DNA of 63,986 nt, filler included, from Reclinomonas americana ATCC 50394 (taxonomy: Eukaryota): assembly GCA_048213135.1 (NCBI GenBank). It is 8 parts of 8 records of this genome, joined end to end, with 100 filler letters (N's around TTAATTAATTAA, not from the genome) between each part and the next. Parts side by side here need not be neighbours in the genome. Positions count along the whole stretch, not along the records: positions 60,081 to 62,853 come from AFZH01019993.1; positions 62,954 to 63,986 come from AFZH01020084.1; 6 more parts are not named here. One strand, given 5' to 3'. The notes below the pieces were generated by a model that was not told the DNA's origin, ran no database searches, and saw only the letters and a program-made list of their open reading frames with translations. The position numbers and the translations under genes were made by a program. Below are positions 60,801 to 63,986 of the stretch, one piece after another (the stretch's first letter is position 1; every line of letters starts with the position of its first letter).

Positions 60801-62853
60801 TGCATGAGATCGCCGCGTCGACACAGGGCGAGCTTGTTGTGCAACGTGTGCTCCATGAGCGCGCTGATGCACCGCAACAGAAACATGCTAAAGATGCACA
60901 TGGTGTCGTACTCGATCGCCGGTCGTTCACCGGCGTTGACTAGCGCCAAGTGCTCCAGAACCACATCCACCGCGTAGACCAGCGCTTCGGGAATCTCCAC
61001 CCGGACAAAGGCGCGCGGCGCGCTGCGACTTGATTCCACTATGCGCGGCAGAGTGCGTGAGTTGGCGAAGGAGAGGTGAGTCGCGAGGTCAAGCAAGTGT
61101 GCGCGCACCTAATGACTCCCGCGCAGAGGGCATGGACGATTTGCTGCGAGGAAGAGAGGGTGGGTAGGTGGACGTGCAAGCAAGATTGGTGCGTTGGCGC
61201 TTCGCACCTGAGATCTTTCGGAAGCAACACACTCAGCCGAAGCATGGAAAAGCACAGGAACAGAGGTCGGCCATACTCGGCAAAAAACGTAAACAGCTTG
61301 CTCAGCTGTGGTCTGAGTGTGCGCACTCCAATTTGCGTGGTGAAGTAACTCTGCGGGGTGCACGGTCGCGATTCATGAGTGGTCGACAGGGAATGCGAAA
61401 AACAGACACGGACGAACGTGATTGCGCTCGTCGTCCTGCATGGCCACGGTCAGCACTGCGAATGCGGCCTCGAGCAGCTCCTCGCAGTGGCGGATGGTCT
61501 GAGGACTCAAAGTGCGACCCTGCGGAAAAGAGAGGAGTTGCATGGGTCTCAGTCGCTGTGCGCCAATGTGGAGAATAGCACAAGCACACGCAACTTGCTC
61601 CTCAATCGCCTGCGTTACCGTGTCAATGAGGACAGGGACGTGAATGAAGCCACCCCCGCTATCGCGGAATTCGGTTCGCATTAGCGAGTTCTGCGTGCAA
61701 TGTTGAGTGCGGGAGTGTTTAGTGCCGTCGCTGCAACTGAACTCACCGATCGGAGGCACATGTACACCACGGAGAGAATGTCACGGCGGAAAACCAGGAC
61801 TCGGTCACTCAGCACCTCCTCGGACGTGCCGCACGTCTGCAGACGGAGTGAGCAGCAATATCAAGCAACCGTGTTTCGTACAAAAACACGACGGACGCAC
61901 CTGCATCTGCTGCAGCAAGTCACACACGACAAAGTATTGTGCGCGGTGGTCGTTCAAGCACATTTCGAAAATGATCTCAAAGCAGTGCGGTCGCACATCG
62001 GCATTCGGCAGCAAGCCGTACAGAGCCGTCAAGCCATCCACATCGTGAAAGTCGTTTCGAAACGCTTCTGCCGTGCGCAGCAGCAGGAGCACGAGGCCGA
62101 GAGTGTTGACCAGCACGCGCTCAAATCCAGCACGCACAGTTTGCGAGGCTGTTGAGGGAGCAGCAACAGAGAGTGAGGGAAGAGTTCGGATAGCATCTGC
62201 CTGCCAAGCAGCCCGACGTACCACCGGCACACATGAAATCAATCAGGGAGAGCAAGTGCAGCCACAGGCCGTGGCGAGCAAAGCCATTCATGAGTGGCGA
62301 GGTCATCGACGGATGCCTCAGCACCGATCGCAAGTACTGCACGATGAGTGCCAGACTGTCTTCACCGCGGTTCAGCAGCAGATCAACCGAAACCGCCTGC
62401 CATCTGCCTCATCCCGAATGCTGAGGTGAGAAACCGTGCCGAGGTGGACGCGACAAAAAGGCATCCCGCACGCAACTGTTGTGACACCACACCAGCATTG
62501 TCCTTGTGCAGCCACTCAAACACCATGAACAGCAGCGACACCAGTTTCTCCTTGGTGTCGACACTGAATCGATCAAAATGGACACACAGCTTGCGCAGCA
62601 CGTCGTACTCGGTGACGCCGCGCAGCGCCTCGACGTGACCATCCTCGCTCAAAAACGCCACAATGAGACGCACCACCGACTCACGCCACCACATATCGTC
62701 GACTCGTTCCACAATCAGAAGCAGCGTCTGCAGTGCGTCCTTGTTGGCGGTCGGCAGTGGCTGCGCCAGTGCCACGATCGACACGTCGAGTGCGAGACCT
62801 ACATCGACGGAGTCAATCACAGGGGATGCGCCGCACGCAGGTGCATCATCGGC
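51833..62853 (-). CDS. BEACH-domain protein (ARM region, PH, BEACH, WD40), LYST/Lvs-like, 5' end missing; spans the gap at 59981-60080
   Basis: RWKLD...RVRVRL; PH GEVVVGELRMYFF...[93 protein letters not shown]; WD40 LTGHDGPVT..IVSGSVDGTVIVWDL. Stop at 51833. Confidence 0.9.
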
Positions 62854-62953
62854 NNNNNNNNNNNNNNNNNNNNNNNNNNNNNNNNNNNNNNNNNNNNTTA
62901 ATTAATTAANNNNNNNNNNNNNNNNNNNNNNNNNNNNNNNNNNNNNNNNNNNN

Positions 62954-63237
62954 CCGAAGGCACGGTCGCCCGCCATCGGCGTGAACTCGTCGATCAGGGC
63001 CGAGCAATAGTCGAGGAAATGCGGGCGCTGCGGATGGCGCGCAACCAGCGTCTTCTGCCAGGGTGTCAGAGCCCCATAGAGGTCCTTCAGCGCCTGCGTG
63101 GCCTTGGCCTCGAGCTTGCCGATCTCCTCGGCGAGGGAATAGCCGTCGCCCTTGCCGTCGAGCGCGCGCAGTTCATCCGCCTTCGCCTCCAGTTCGGCAA
63201 CCGGCTTTTCGAAATCGAGATAGCTTCGCATCGACAT
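62954..63237 (-). CDS. accA: Bacterial acetyl-CoA carboxylase carboxyltransferase alpha subunit, 3'-truncated
   Basis: YLDFEKPVAELE...LTPWQKTLVARHPQRPHFLDY..L.DEFTP.AGDRAF; intronless, high GC. Confidence 0.95.
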
Positions 63238-63350
63238 CCAGATAAGGTCCCGCTTTCCCTAGGAAAAGGCGGCGGCATCGGCCGCCAGGGGTCGCGGCGA
63301 CGGAACGGTCAAGAAAGGCGGCGGACCTTGGCCGCGCCCCGGCGAAATTG

Positions 63351-63986
63351 TCAACCCGCCGGCATCTTCGCTTCGTCCTGCCGCGGCAGTCGGCTCGAAG
63401 GATGGGCCTGCGGCAGCAGCACCGGCCGGAAGGCGAAGCTGCGCCGCGTCGCACGCAAGGGAGCGCGCCGGTAGAACTGCTTGGTCGCGTCGATGACATA
63501 GACGCCGGCGAAAGGCAGCGACAGGCCGGCTCCGACCTTCTCCCAGGCCATGGCCGAGCGCATGAACAAGCGCCGGCGCAGCGGCGGCACATAGAGCGCC
63601 TCGGCCCAATGCTCGGGCGAGAACATGGCTCGGCGCATCAAGGCTTCGATCTGCGAACGGCTGAACGGCCTGCCGTGGCCGAAGGGCGTCGTATCCATCC
63701 GCGCCCACAGGCCGCGCCGGTTCGGCACGACGACGATCAGCCGTCCGCCCGGGCTCAGCACCCGCGAAATCTCCTCCAGCAGATCCTCCGGGCTTTCGGT
63801 CTCCTCGAGCGCATGCACCAGCAGCACCCGGTCGATCGAGGCGGTCGGCAGCGGCAGCAGGGTCGGTTCGACCAAAGCCGAGGCGGAGAGCCCGGGCGAA
63901 GGCCAGTTCACCACGCCCTGTGCCGCCGGCATGAAGGCGATCACCCGCTCGGCCTCGCCGCCAAGCAGCGGCAGATAGGGCGTGGC
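63351..63986 (-). CDS. Bacterial class I SAM-dependent methyltransferase (Methyltransf_11-like), 5'-truncated
   Basis: LPLPTASIDRVLLVHALE...EISRVLSPGGRLIVVVPNRRGLWARMDTTPFGHGRPFSRSQI, a typical alphaproteobacterial family. Confidence 0.88.
   Translation of the reverse strand, partial: ATPYLPLLGGEAERVIAFMPAAQGVVNWPSPGLSASALVEPTLLPLPTASIDRVLLVHALEETESPEDLLEEISRVLSPGGRLIVVVPNRRGLWARMDTTPFGHGRPFSRSQIEALMRRAMFSPEHWAEALYVPPLRRRLFMRSAMAWEKVGAGLSLPFAGVYVIDATKQFYRRAPLRATRRSFAFRPVLLPQAHPSSRLPRQDEAKMPAG

Noticed and set aside
62954..63237. Horizontal transfer of bacterial accA into the protist
   Set aside because: Separate contig with bacterial gene spacing and no introns; no evidence of physical linkage.

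Overview
Most of this window (1-62853) is a gene-dense, intron-rich nuclear scaffold of a flagellated microbial eukaryote that I cannot identify from sequence alone. It is cut by seven artificial 100-nt N/TTAATTAATTAA/N linkers. Three genes (CFAP54, WDR35, the BEACH gene) run across a linker, so at least those linkers are scaffold gaps. The six-frame ORF track is largely misleading because genes are split by many ~60-75-nt introns. Manual splicing gives, in order: the 5' end of an LRR-receptor paralog; a ~10-kb LRR/Cys-rich single-pass receptor gene built at roughly one exon per LRR; CFAP54; an Asp/Asn beta-hydroxylase-domain gene; ATP23; a pseudokinase fused to half a HECT domain; mitochondrial ribosomal protein S6; TTI1; an MTA9/AMT6-7-type MT-A70 protein; WDR35/IFT121; MPP-beta; LZIC; and a BEACH/WD40 protein. 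The last ~1 kb (62954-63986) is an intronless alphaproteobacterial-like fragment (accA plus a SAM methyltransferase), most likely from a co-cultured bacterium. The most notable observations are: (1) a pervasive context-dependent 5' splice site, GTTGCG(T) after non-G exon ends versus GTGCGT/GTGAGT after G; (2) a symmetric phase-2 exon-per-LRR array in tandemly duplicated receptors; (3) a doubly catalytically dead kinase-HECT fusion; (4) a five-copy ~147-150-bp tandem repeat upstream of ATP23; (5) an indicator gene for 6mA DNA methylation. All gene models and family calls come from reading by eye and recalled family motifs; no searches were run.
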